From a virus (taxonomy: Duplodnaviria; Heunggongvirae; Uroviricota; Caudoviricetes), in the IMG/VR virus record IMGVR_UViG_3300037279_000046: 64,000 bases of DNA. One strand, given 5' to 3'. Positions 1 through 8,572 of this stretch are shown here, in pieces (position 1 is the first letter of the stretch; each line of letters starts with the position of its first letter). The translations under genes and the position numbers were made by a program. The notes below the pieces were generated by a model, which was not told where the DNA came from, did not search any database, and worked only from the letters and a program-made list of their open reading frames with translations.

Positions 1-740
1 CTACTACTGCTGGAGCTGGCGGTGGATCTTCTGGTGGACCAGGCGGAAGTATGGTAACTCTTCCATTTGAACTTATCGTCGTTCCAGGGACCTCTTATAC
101 TATAACCATAGGTACTGGTGGTGCAGGTGGTGCAGGTGGTGCAGGTGGTGTAGCAACTGCTGGTGGATCAATTGGAACTGCTGGTGGCGCAGGTTCATCT
201 GGTACTGCAACTACCTTTGACGTCCTTTTATCCTTCCAACCAGGTCGCGGTGGAACTGGCGGTGGAGGCGGAGGAAGTGGTGGACTTAGTGCTACTGCTG
301 GTGCTGGTGGTTTTGGAACTTATGGCATCTTACCGTTTCAACCGTATGGTGTTGGCGGTGGCGGTGGTGCAGGAACGGCGGGTAATGCTGGTCGCACTAT
401 ATATGGTTCTCAATCTCCATTTTTTGTTAGTGGAGCTGGAGGAGCGGGCGGGGCTTCAGGTGGTGCAGGTGGAGGCGGTGGCGGTGGTGGAAGTTCAGCT
501 GCTCCAGCAGGAGATGCGACTGGCCCAAGCAGCAGCGCTGCTGGAGGAAATGGTGGTGCCTCTGGTTCTAATGGAGGAAATGGTGGTGCAGCTTCATCTG
601 CTATATCAGGCTCTGGTGGTGGAGGTGGCGGAGGTGGCGGAGGTGGTGGTACACTTGCAACGACTGGATCCACTGGCGGCATCGGAGCAAATGGAGCAGC
701 TGGAAGTAACGGTCAAATTATTGTTCAGTGGGTTGAATGA
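1..740 (+). CDS. glycine-rich repeat protein, 5' partial (reading frame open to the window start)
   Basis: No in-frame stop upstream of Met51. Composition is almost pure Gly/Ala/Ser/Thr. Motif PFELIVVPGTSYTITIG matches VTVVPGTTYTITIG of the next gene, and the C-terminus GQIIVQWVE is shared. Confidence 0.65.
   Translation, partial: TTAGAGGGSSGGPGGSMVTLPFELIVVPGTSYTITIGTGGAGGAGGAGGVATAGGSIGTAGGAGSSGTATTFDVLLSFQPGRGGTGGGGGGSGGLSATAGAGGFGTYGILPFQPYGVGGGGGAGTAGNAGRTIYGSQSPFFVSGAGGAGGASGGAGGGGGGGGSSAAPAGDATGPSSSAAGGNGGASGSNGGNGGAASSAISGSGGGGGGGGGGGGTLATTGSTGGIGANGAAGSNGQIIVQWVE
121..151. repeat. tandem 9-bp repeat GGTGCAGGT x3 inside the Gly-rich gene
   Basis: Direct tandem repeat visible in the sequence; further imperfect GGN-rich repeats run through both Gly-rich genes. 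Confidence 0.8.
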
Positions 741-824
741 AAAAATACAATTACTTTCAAGTTTTACCTTTGACTGTAGGCCAGAATCTATCCATAATTC
801 ACACATTATATACATTAATGGCGG

Positions 825-1721
825 TTGTCAATGTCTAAATATGTAAAACGAATTTTCACGTCTTCTGGAACCTGGACTTGCCCTGCTGGCATTACGAATA
901 TAACTGTTATCGGGAGAGGTGGCACTGCCGGAGGTAGTGGTGGAGGAGGAGGCGGTGGTGGTGGTGGAAGTTCTAATGGAGGTGGTGGTGGATCTGCTGG
1001 TTCTTCTGGACCCGCTAATATATCTTTACCGTATCCCGTCACTGTCGTTCCCGGAACTACTTATACGATCACTATCGGGGCAGCAGGAACTGCAGGCAGC
1101 GGAGGCGCTGCTGGAACAATAACAGGTCAAGGTGGTACAGGAGGTCAAGGTGGACCAGGTGGCAGTAGTTCTTTTGGGTCTTTGGTTTCATTTTTAGGAT
1201 CTGCATATGATGGTTCCACTGTAGGTGGAGGAGGAACTGCTGCTGGAGTGGGAGCTATTTATTATGACAGCACCTCTCCAAAAGCATTTGGAACATTTCA
1301 ATCATCTGGTCTATCTTTACTATATGCATGTGGAGAAGGTGGTACAGGAGGAGCAGCATCTACTGCAGGTGGCAATGCGACTGATACAACAACATTAGTA
1401 GGAGCACTTTCTCCTTTCTTCTTGGCTGGAAGTGGTGCGTTGGGAGGAACTGCCGGTGGTGTTAACGGAGGCGGAGGTGGTGGAGCTGGTGCGAGTGGCG
1501 GCGCTGGAGATGCACCATCCAATATTGGAGCAGCTGGTGGCAATGGTGGTACCTCTGGAGTTGCTGGTAGTGCGGGAGCAAATGCTTTACCTTCCACCGC
1601 TGGATCTGGTGGACTAGGTGGTGGAGGAGGAGGCGGTGGCGGATCAGGTGCCGCTGGAGGGAAGGGTGGCAATGGTAGTGCGGGAAGTTCTGGACAAATT
1701 GTCGTATTGTGGGTAGAGTAA
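825..1721 (+). CDS. glycine-rich domain protein, paralog of the upstream gene; possible fibre or structural protein
   Basis: TTG start. N-terminal SGTWTCPAGITNITVIGRGG motif typical of phage/viral Gly-rich domain proteins, long GGxGG runs, C-terminal GQIVVLWVE. Confidence 0.7.
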   Translation: MSMSKYVKRIFTSSGTWTCPAGITNITVIGRGGTAGGSGGGGGGGGGGSSNGGGGGSAGSSGPANISLPYPVTVVPGTTYTITIGAAGTAGSGGAAGTITGQGGTGGQGGPGGSSSFGSLVSFLGSAYDGSTVGGGGTAAGVGAIYYDSTSPKAFGTFQSSGLSLLYACGEGGTGGAASTAGGNATDTTTLVGALSPFFLAGSGALGGTAGGVNGGGGGGAGASGGAGDAPSNIGAAGGNGGTSGVAGSAGANALPSTAGSGGLGGGGGGGGGSGAAGGKGGNGSAGSSGQIVVLWVE

Positions 1722-1772
1722 TATGGAGCACAATCCCCTATTGTGTGATGTAGTTTTACAGAGAGGTGGATC

Positions 1773-2309
1773 TTGATTTACGCGCAGATAAGAAATAATA
1801 CAATTGTAAATACATTAGAACTTGAGGATTCAAGTCTTGTATCTTTATTCCAAAATGACTCCAATGGAGTTCCTTATGACTCGGTTCAACAGATAGACGC
1901 TTTGTCTCCTCAACCTGGGATTGGATGGATTTTTGATAATATTGGTTGGAATCCTCCCAACTCAACTACTCCACCACAAAGTGCAGTTCAAATTTATACA
2001 ACACTTGTTCAAAATGCTATTATTTTTGGACAAAATCTAACAATTCAATTTGCAACTCAAAATATTATGTCAGGAATTACTCAATCGGGTAAAACACAAG
2101 CAGTATTAGATTACGCTTCAGACCTTTATACTTACCTTTCTACTGGATCACTCTATGTAGCCATCACAGAAATTCAAACAATGATTGCCGATACAAGCGA
2201 TGCAAAAACTGCTCTTGCCCCTTTTATCACAAATAGCATACTATATTCTTATATGAATCAGATTCAGGGATATCTCAACCTTCCCTTAACCATAAACCCA
2301 GGATCGTAA
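1773..2309 (+). CDS. hypothetical protein
   Basis: 178-aa ORF directly after the Gly-rich genes; Asn/Thr/Gln-rich with no recognisable motif. Confidence 0.5.
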   Translation: MIYAQIRNNTIVNTLELEDSSLVSLFQNDSNGVPYDSVQQIDALSPQPGIGWIFDNIGWNPPNSTTPPQSAVQIYTTLVQNAIIFGQNLTIQFATQNIMSGITQSGKTQAVLDYASDLYTYLSTGSLYVAITEIQTMIADTSDAKTALAPFITNSILYSYMNQIQGYLNLPLTINPGS

Positions 2310-2833
2310 TGAAACAAATTACTATAGGTTTTTCTCGGGCTTGTACAACTTTTCCTATTTTCAGTTGGCTGATCCAATTAGTTCAAAAGACTAACTATTC
2401 GCATGTCTATTTGAAATATCACGATGAATATTTAGGGCAAGATATGATTTTTCAAGCATCGCATAGTGTTGTAAATTCTATGAGTTTGCCAGTGTTTTTA
2501 GCACAAGAAACTGTGGTTAAAGAATTCACATTCAATGTTTCAGATGTCACTTTTCTAAAAACTATGCAGTTTGCGGCAAATCAGGCTGGAAAGCCGTATG
2601 GAGTGCTTGAGATATGTGGACTTGCACTAGTTGAACTATGTGCCCTGATCGGAATAAAGATCCAGAATCCAGTGAAGGATTCTGGCCAGACCTACATCTG
2701 CGATCAATTAGTTGCGGCCATATTGAATGAATGTGAAAATGTTGTGTTGCCAACAAACATTAATAATATGATACCAAAGGATGTATTTGCTTTGGTATCA
2801 ACTCTACCCGCTACATTATCAATCGACAAGTAA
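2309..2833 (+). CDS. hypothetical protein
   Basis: 174-aa ORF whose ATG overlaps the upstream stop (TAATG coupling); a Cys (ICDQL) and a His are present, but a peptidase fold cannot be asserted. Confidence 0.5.
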   Translation: MKQITIGFSRACTTFPIFSWLIQLVQKTNYSHVYLKYHDEYLGQDMIFQASHSVVNSMSLPVFLAQETVVKEFTFNVSDVTFLKTMQFAANQAGKPYGVLEICGLALVELCALIGIKIQNPVKDSGQTYICDQLVAAILNECENVVLPTNINNMIPKDVFALVSTLPATLSIDK

Positions 2834-3202
2834 ATCGCCCAAAGCCATAACATCACTCACTGTGATGCCTTCGACTTTGGTGCCAAGTTCTGCAACGCTA
2901 ATGGCTGGAACTGGAGCATCAATCTGAAGAAGCTCAGAAAGCTCAGCAGCATAAGCTTCTAAATTTACCGGATCAACGTTGATTTTCTTATTTGCATCTT
3001 CAACGAAATTACCCTCTGCATCTTTCGCGGCGTATTTCCTCACCAATTCATTGCGCATCTGCTCATACATGATAGCATGCTCATTAAACTTCAATACGAG
3101 CTTTTTAAGCTTCCATACAGTCGCGATGGGAATGTGCGGCGACTGGACAATCTTTTCTAAAACTTCTTTCGCAGCAGTCGTAGATACAGTCAATAATTTC
3201 AT
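2819..3202 (-). CDS. hypothetical acidic protein (paralog pair with 3351..3725)
   Basis: C-terminal ...PAISVAELGTKVEGITVSDVMALGDLLVD aligns with the C-terminus of the 3351..3725 product. Confidence 0.5.
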   Translation of the reverse strand: MKLLTVSTTAAKEVLEKIVQSPHIPIATVWKLKKLVLKFNEHAIMYEQMRNELVRKYAAKDAEGNFVEDANKKINVDPVNLEAYAAELSELLQIDAPVPAISVAELGTKVEGITVSDVMALGDLLVD

Positions 3203-3350
3203 GGACTCTCCTTGAGAATGTAGGTTTCAAATATCGTACCATACGTCTTATAATAAGTCAAGATTATTTTATTACGTACCCATTCTTTAGTGAAATCATA
3301 TAGTTAAAGGTAAATCTTAATCTTTGGAGTATGTATGGAACTTAATGCAA

Positions 3351-3725
3351 TCACTCAACAAGAAAGTCTAAGAGCATAAGCTCCTCAGACGAGATCGAGA
3401 TATCGTTACCAAGCTCGCTGACAGAAAGCGTAGGGATAGCGATGTCTAGATCTAAGAGTTCGTTCAACTCGTTAACAAACAACTGACCGTTATCGCCTTC
3501 CAAAGGGACATTGCCTTGATCGTCGGTATCTAGGCTACCGTCATCTTTCTTCTTGCCGTAACGGTTCAAAGACGCAAGACGAACTTCATCATACTTGCTG
3601 TACTCTTCGTCGATCTTTTTGATGATGGTCTTGAGTTTAAATGCAGCTTTAAGCGGCAGTTTCTGCGAATTAAGCTGAGTTAGAGTCGCTTTAAATTTAG
3701 GGTCGATCAACCTAGATAACTTCAT
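3351..3725 (-). CDS. hypothetical acidic protein (paralog of 2819..3202)
   Basis: C-terminal ...PTLSVSELGNDISISSEELMLLDFLVE; lengths are similar (124 vs 127 aa). Confidence 0.5.
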   Translation of the reverse strand: MKLSRLIDPKFKATLTQLNSQKLPLKAAFKLKTIIKKIDEEYSKYDEVRLASLNRYGKKKDDGSLDTDDQGNVPLEGDNGQLFVNELNELLDLDIAIPTLSVSELGNDISISSEELMLLDFLVE

Positions 3726-3755
3726 TTAGGCTCCTTTTTCTGATAGGATTATACT

Positions 3756-4076
3756 ATGGGCAATTTCTTCCGCCAACTTTTTAGTGAAAACTCAGGTGTG
3801 AGCATGATGCGAGTCATGTCTCTCCTAGCACTATTTGCGGCAATCGGAATTGGATTCTACGGAATGACAAAACTCCCAGTCGATTATAGTGGAATCACTA
3901 TGTTGACAGGTGTATTCTTGAGTGCTGCCTTCGGTGGTAAGGTTATGCAGAAACGCATCGAAGCTAACGGTGCTAAGTCTGATACCGAGATGACCACACG
4001 CCCTAATGAGGCTATGGCCCCGGTCTCTGAGAAGACTGTCACAAAGATCGACGTTAAGGTCGATAATCCAGACTAA
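3756..4076 (+). CDS. small membrane protein (two predicted TM helices)
   Basis: Hydrophobic stretches LLALFAAIGIGFYGM and ITMLTGVFLSAAFGG followed by a charged tail. Confidence 0.5.
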   Translation: MGNFFRQLFSENSGVSMMRVMSLLALFAAIGIGFYGMTKLPVDYSGITMLTGVFLSAAFGGKVMQKRIEANGAKSDTEMTTRPNEAMAPVSEKTVTKIDVKVDNPD

Positions 4077-4345
4077 AAACGACCGGACCTACCCTAATCG
4101 GATAGGCCCGATCTACTCCTCGGGAGAGTAACCGATGATTGCCATCGATACATATCCCTTGATTCAGATTTCAATCCTATCGCGTTTAAATCGTTCAAAT
4201 GATAAAGATATCATTCGTTCTTGTCGTGTGTTCTTGGACGTCCTAGGGCCATTAGATTGAATTGTTACCAGCCCCCTCCAATAGACTACTGACTAACTAC
4301 TGTTCATGTTAAGATAAGGCTAGGTATCTATAGGGTGGAGTCGAG

Positions 4346-4750
4346 ATGGAAAAGAAAACCGGCAAGTCGCTTGAAGACAAAGTAGACGCTATTAGCGAAC
4401 AGCTCCACAAGATGGACAAGGATTTAGCACTTCAACAGGCTGCATTCGTAGAACTGTCGCGCCACCATGAGCTGCTATATCAAGAACTTAAACGCTCAAA
4501 CGATATCCTAAAAGCTAATACAGACTCTCTCAGAGAGCACATGCACAGAACCGAACTACTCGAGGATCTGGCTAACAAGATGGACGGACGTCTATCACCT
4601 ATCGAAAAAAGACAAATTGAAGAAGACGCTGTTCGCAAGCACAAGCATGAGACCTTAGTCCGTTGGGGCAAGATACTTGCTGCACTTGTTGCATTTAGCG
4701 GTCTTCTAATGTGGGCTAAGCCTTTACTGCTTAAGTTGCTTCTCCCATAA
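4346..4750 (+). CDS. coiled-coil protein with C-terminal TM anchor
   Basis: Charged heptad-like N-terminus and C-terminal ILAALVAFSGLLMWAKPLLLKLLLP. Confidence 0.5.
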   Translation: MEKKTGKSLEDKVDAISEQLHKMDKDLALQQAAFVELSRHHELLYQELKRSNDILKANTDSLREHMHRTELLEDLANKMDGRLSPIEKRQIEEDAVRKHKHETLVRWGKILAALVAFSGLLMWAKPLLLKLLLP

Positions 4751-4772
4751 CTCTGGTATAATGTTATAAATA
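4751..4772 (+). promoter_or_regulatory. T4-type late promoter-like motif TATAAATA, preceded by GGTATAATGT
   Basis: Exact TATAAATA at 4765-4772, about 47 nt upstream of the 4820 ATG; AAGGAG ribosome-binding site 8 nt before the ATG. Confidence 0.45.
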
Positions 4773-4819
4773 GGCCGTGAGACTTACCTCACGCCCAATT
4801 ATCTTCAAAGGAGATAAAT

Positions 4820-5203
4820 ATGGCCCTACTTCCTCCAATTCCGGACAATCAGTCTGGCAACATGGGTGGCAGCTCTTCAGCTCCTAACCGTGCACCTGCT
4901 GCTAAAGTTATTCAAAAAGCTTTGGCAAACACTCGCGTTGCTAACCAAGTTGTCGCCGCTCTTAGCGGTCTTTCAACTCCAGCAGCTATCATCGCTACCC
5001 ATGCTGATGCTACTACTGACTTCGCAGCTCTTATGGTCGGCGACATCGTCCTCCATATTCCTGCGACAGCTGGTAACACGTCTTTCGGCGTTGTTGCTAC
5101 TGCTGGAACTGCTCCTGCAGCTGCAGTTGTTGGTGACTTGTACCTTGTGCACCGTCCAGTAAACTTGGACAGCAACATCGGTACAGCTCCCGCGCTCGTT
5201 TAA
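4820..5203 (+). CDS. small Ala/Gly/Thr-rich protein (late gene; possible virion or decoration protein)
   Basis: Flanked by the late-promoter motif, a strong RBS and a strong terminator; isolated plus-strand gene among minus-strand genes. Confidence 0.55.
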   Translation: MALLPPIPDNQSGNMGGSSSAPNRAPAAKVIQKALANTRVANQVVAALSGLSTPAAIIATHADATTDFAALMVGDIVLHIPATAGNTSFGVVATAGTAPAAAVVGDLYLVHRPVNLDSNIGTAPALV

Positions 5204-5218
5204 TTTCAACTCGTTAAA

Positions 5219-5635
5219 CTAGCTCTTATTGGGTCTGGTGTGTTCCACCAGACCCTTTATTTTTTCAGCCACGTATTCCGGATCGTTAAGTAATCGATTC
5301 AATCCGGAGGGGTGGGGCAATTCATAAAAGTTCACACCTAGCATCTTCAATGCGGTAGCGGCAGTTTTTCCTACAGCTATAATTGGTACATCTTTGTGGT
5401 GTGCAATGATCATTGCAAGATGGTTAAGTCTACCCTTGATCTCTTTCATCGTCAGTTGTCTATTGCCTGGTGTTGGTGTATTGACCAGATTGTGCATAAT
5501 AGATATGTTTATCCCTGCCTTTTCAATCCATTCGTGCAACGTTTTACCACTACCGGTGGACATATCGAATGCTCCATTGCCCTTAGACGCTTGCGATGGA
5601 TTAGATCCAATGAATAAAGCTGTGCGCGGTTTCAC
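5219..5635 (-). CDS. uracil-DNA glycosylase superfamily protein with atypical motif 1
   Basis: HPSGLN matches the UDG family-4 motif B (HPSPLN). Motif A is GSNPS instead of GEGPG, which is more like MUG GINPG. Overall spacing matches the UDG fold. Confidence 0.55.
   Translation of the reverse strand: MKPRTALFIGSNPSQASKGNGAFDMSTGSGKTLHEWIEKAGINISIMHNLVNTPTPGNRQLTMKEIKGRLNHLAMIIAHHKDVPIIAVGKTAATALKMLGVNFYELPHPSGLNRLLNDPEYVAEKIKGLVEHTRPNKS
5231..5266 (+). terminator. Rho-independent terminator
   Basis: Hairpin GGGTCTGGTG-TGTTC-CACCAGACCC followed by TTTATTTTTT. Confidence 0.65.
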
Positions 5636-6732
5636 GATGTCCTCGGTTTAATCTGTAAATGATAAAAATCACCAACCGTAGAGCAATTGATTTCTAAGTC
5701 TAGCATGGCTGAACTATCTTCAAAGTCACTATATTTTTCTTTAAAATAAAACTCACTTATGCCTGCCTGCCACAACATTCTGATACACTTAGTGCAAGGA
5801 GATAGGGTGCAATAAAGTATACAATCACCAGTCTTAACTCCTGATCGCACTGCGTTACATAATAAGTTTGTTTCTGCGTGTATTATATAATTATATTTTT
5901 CTGGACGAGATGTGGGTAGAGAACTGTCTGGTCCACCCCTAACGAACCCATTAAAACCTTCTGCCGTAACCGCTAATGTTTTAGGGTCTATTAATAGGGC
6001 TGCAACTTTAGTATGTATGTCGTGTGACTGTGACGCTATAACTACAGCTCTATCGTGATAGATTTTAAGTTTTTTCTCTGAGATCGGGTTATTGGTTTGG
6101 TTAAACTTGTTATTTTTAACTATTCTCTGTATTTGTTCTAAAAAATGTGTTGCAGAGTAATCTAATTTCATAGTGTTGCAAGTAGCACAACTTGTGACAC
6201 AGTTTGATGTTTGGTACCCAATAGAGTTATCCAATCTATCGATTCCATTGTATTTAACTATTGTGTGTTTATTTTTTTGAATGTTGGCAGGGGAAGCGTC
6301 ACAGTAGAAACAATTTTGAAAAATAAGCCCCTTAAACTCATCTAAGGTTAGATTAAAATCATAATTTCTAGCCTTAGCATTGCCCTTATAATCTAGAAAA
6401 ATATTATTGATAGATGTCGTTTTTAGCTGTTCGTCTGTTCGAGCATATCTATTGCCACAGTGGCCACATCCACTTGAGGTGCCATTAATTAAACTTGCAA
6501 CTTTTATTGACTTAAGAACACCACATTTACACTTTACATCTACATATCGTGTTTTTTTTGATTTTAAGTTTATCTTAATGTAAGGAAGAGACATTATTGT
6601 CCATTTATTTATGACAGAATTTAAGGCAATATTCTCTGTCTTAGATGGACGTTTCATACTCTTATTTAACCTCTGCCTACAAAGGCATTTCTCTATCTTT
6701 GATTCACACGTAGGATAGATACACCGACGCAT
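5632..6732 (-). CDS. HNH endonuclease fused in frame to dCMP deaminase
   Basis: N-terminus has a Cys-rich zinc ribbon plus YNGIDRLDNSIGYQTSNCVTSCATCN (HNH). C-terminus has HAETNLL...LSPCTKC (cytidine/dCMP deaminase Zn motifs H-A-E and PCxxC). No Met separates the two halves. Confidence 0.75.
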   Translation of the reverse strand: MRRCIYPTCESKIEKCLCRQRLNKSMKRPSKTENIALNSVINKWTIMSLPYIKINLKSKKTRYVDVKCKCGVLKSIKVASLINGTSSGCGHCGNRYARTDEQLKTTSINNIFLDYKGNAKARNYDFNLTLDEFKGLIFQNCFYCDASPANIQKNKHTIVKYNGIDRLDNSIGYQTSNCVTSCATCNTMKLDYSATHFLEQIQRIVKNNKFNQTNNPISEKKLKIYHDRAVVIASQSHDIHTKVAALLIDPKTLAVTAEGFNGFVRGGPDSSLPTSRPEKYNYIIHAETNLLCNAVRSGVKTGDCILYCTLSPCTKCIRMLWQAGISEFYFKEKYSDFEDSSAMLDLEINCSTVGDFYHLQIKPRTS

Positions 6733-7538
6733 TACTTTTTCTTCTCTTCGATTGCGGGTTCTTGCGTATATAATATGTAATCTCTGTATTCAAAGACATA
6801 TCTATTATCCCGATGACGACTTGACGTTGAAACCTTATAGGTATATGAAGAGTTAAAGAACGGAGTGAAAGCTTCGCCTTTGCGAGTCATCTCGCGTTCG
6901 CATTCCATGATACATCTAACCATGTAGTCAGACTGAATGTCTTGGGCACTCATAGGAACCTTAACGATCTCGTTAATAACAACTTCTGTTTTATATCTAC
7001 CTGTGAAATCCTGAGTGGTCCAGTATTTATCTCCAACTTTAAGCTTATCGAAGAAGTCATTAAACCCCTGAAGTGTTTTAAACTTCTGACCCTTCTTGCG
7101 GTTGACCTTAGTGATGATCTTGCGTTGCTCTAACGCCTGCGAGTGGATCTTCTTGATGTCAAAGTCGCCACCCAAGAACGTTGCTTCTGCAAACTCAGGA
7201 TCAACTTCAAATCTTGTGGATTTGTAGTCAAAATCAGTCATCGACCAGATCTCTTGACCAAGAGTGCCGTTAGCAACGCGAAGCTGCTTAATATAGCCGA
7301 TACCAAACTCGTCTTCATGGATGTAGACGTAACGCTGAGCCATCTTATTGTCGGAATTTATATTTTCCGTAATCCACTCAGTCTCATCACGAGGCTTATA
7401 TCGAGCCTGTTTACGAATGAGAACGTCGCCGATCTCGAACTTCATGAATTCTTTAATCACCATCCACTTGCGGATAGGATTACTATTCATCTCGCCTTCG
7501 AGTTGCTGTTTCTGTTTATCGTCAAGCTCAACTTTCAT
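6732..7538 (-). CDS. hypothetical protein
   Basis: 268-aa ORF with ATGA-type overlap to the downstream gene; no motif recognised. Confidence 0.5.
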   Translation of the reverse strand: MKVELDDKQKQQLEGEMNSNPIRKWMVIKEFMKFEIGDVLIRKQARYKPRDETEWITENINSDNKMAQRYVYIHEDEFGIGYIKQLRVANGTLGQEIWSMTDFDYKSTRFEVDPEFAEATFLGGDFDIKKIHSQALEQRKIITKVNRKKGQKFKTLQGFNDFFDKLKVGDKYWTTQDFTGRYKTEVVINEIVKVPMSAQDIQSDYMVRCIMECEREMTRKGEAFTPFFNSSYTYKVSTSSRHRDNRYVFEYRDYILYTQEPAIEEKKK

Positions 7539-7622
7539 ACTATCTTCCTGTGTCCGATTTCATAGGTCCGCAAACTTTGCAGACAATACGAGTGCCCTGA
7601 GAATTGCCGTGCTGGTCAACTA

Positions 7623-7772
7623 CTTCTTGCCAGAATCACTGGTGAGGAGGACATTCTTTCTTCTCCACGATAATCTGGTTACCATGAGCAGATCCATCTG
7701 TAGGCTTAGCGGCAGATGCTGCTAGACGTGGAACAATGACTACTAGTGCAAAAATGACGATTAAGACAAATA
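7623..7772 (-). CDS. small membrane protein (49 aa), absent from the ORF track
   Basis: Minus strand reads GGAGGAATAATG then MDFVFVLIVIFALVVIVPRLAASAAKPTDGSAHGNQIIVEKKECPPHQ*; strong RBS and one TM helix. Confidence 0.35.
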
Positions 7773-7781
7773 CAAAGTCCA

Positions 7782-8045
7782 TTATTCCTCCGGATCGAGT
7801 TCAGTTGACGAGATACTATCTTCTTTAGCTTCTAAGTCATCGATGATGCTCTGTGCACCAACAAATACACGATGTGGATCGTGAGTCACCTTCTTAAGGC
7901 GTTTCATTTTAACTTTTTGCTTGATCTTTCCACGGATAGGACAATTAAACTCTACTTCAACTTCCACGATCTCTTCAATTGTCGGGTCTTCGAATACATG
8001 CTTCTTTTTGTTTTTAGCACCCTTGGGTCTAGCCATTATTTCCAC
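7782..8045 (-). CDS. hypothetical basic protein
   Basis: 87-aa ORF, Lys-rich. Confidence 0.45.
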   Translation of the reverse strand: MEIMARPKGAKNKKKHVFEDPTIEEIVEVEVEFNCPIRGKIKQKVKMKRLKKVTHDPHRVFVGAQSIIDDLEAKEDSISSTELDPEE

Positions 8046-8572
8046 TCCGTATCAATAATCTGTTGCAATGCCATTGTGTATGCCTTGATGGGCCCTGGTA
8101 CTTTGCGCGTATACGCGTACGAACACCATTCTTTGTACGATCCTTGAATAATCAAGGTTGTATATATGTTAATGGGGGTAAGGACCTGTGATACAAACGC
8201 ATCTGCGCCATCTGCTTGATAGGCTCTGGGATTGATAAGAAGGGCAGCAGTTGTGCGAGAAATATCATTAGAGATCGCTTGTGCTGTAACGACGTCGCTT
8301 CCTCCAAGCTGAGCTGCCGAAGGGATATATGCTTCTGACTCGACATCTGCATTCTCCGTGTTGATGATCTTAAATGCAAACTTAGATAGGTCTAGCTGAA
8401 CAAACAGTGGACACTTCATAACTACAGTGAGTGACCCCAAGTCTTCAAGAACAGTAGGGTATTTACCAAAGAAGAACTCTTGATCTATATCTCTTAGTTT
8501 CTGAGTGGTATTGCAGCTATCGATAAGGGCAACGAAGCCCTTATCGAGAACTGGTATCTTATTGAGTAGCAT
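8036..8572 (-). CDS. hypothetical protein
   Basis: 178-aa ORF, overlapping start/stop with neighbours. Confidence 0.5.
   Translation of the reverse strand: MLLNKIPVLDKGFVALIDSCNTTQKLRDIDQEFFFGKYPTVLEDLGSLTVVMKCPLFVQLDLSKFAFKIINTENADVESEAYIPSAAQLGGSDVVTAQAISNDISRTTAALLINPRAYQADGADAFVSQVLTPINIYTTLIIQGSYKEWCSYAYTRKVPGPIKAYTMALQQIIDTEWK

Noticed and set aside
410-1672. Pro-rich minus-strand ORFs (410..682, 815..1042, 1298..1672) and other ORFs overlapping the Gly-rich genes (163..846, 919..1122, 1432..1617, 1462..1731)
   Set aside because: Antisense or shadow frames of GGN-rich coding sequence. GGN read in reverse gives NCC (Pro). Pure low-complexity sequence with no independent signals.
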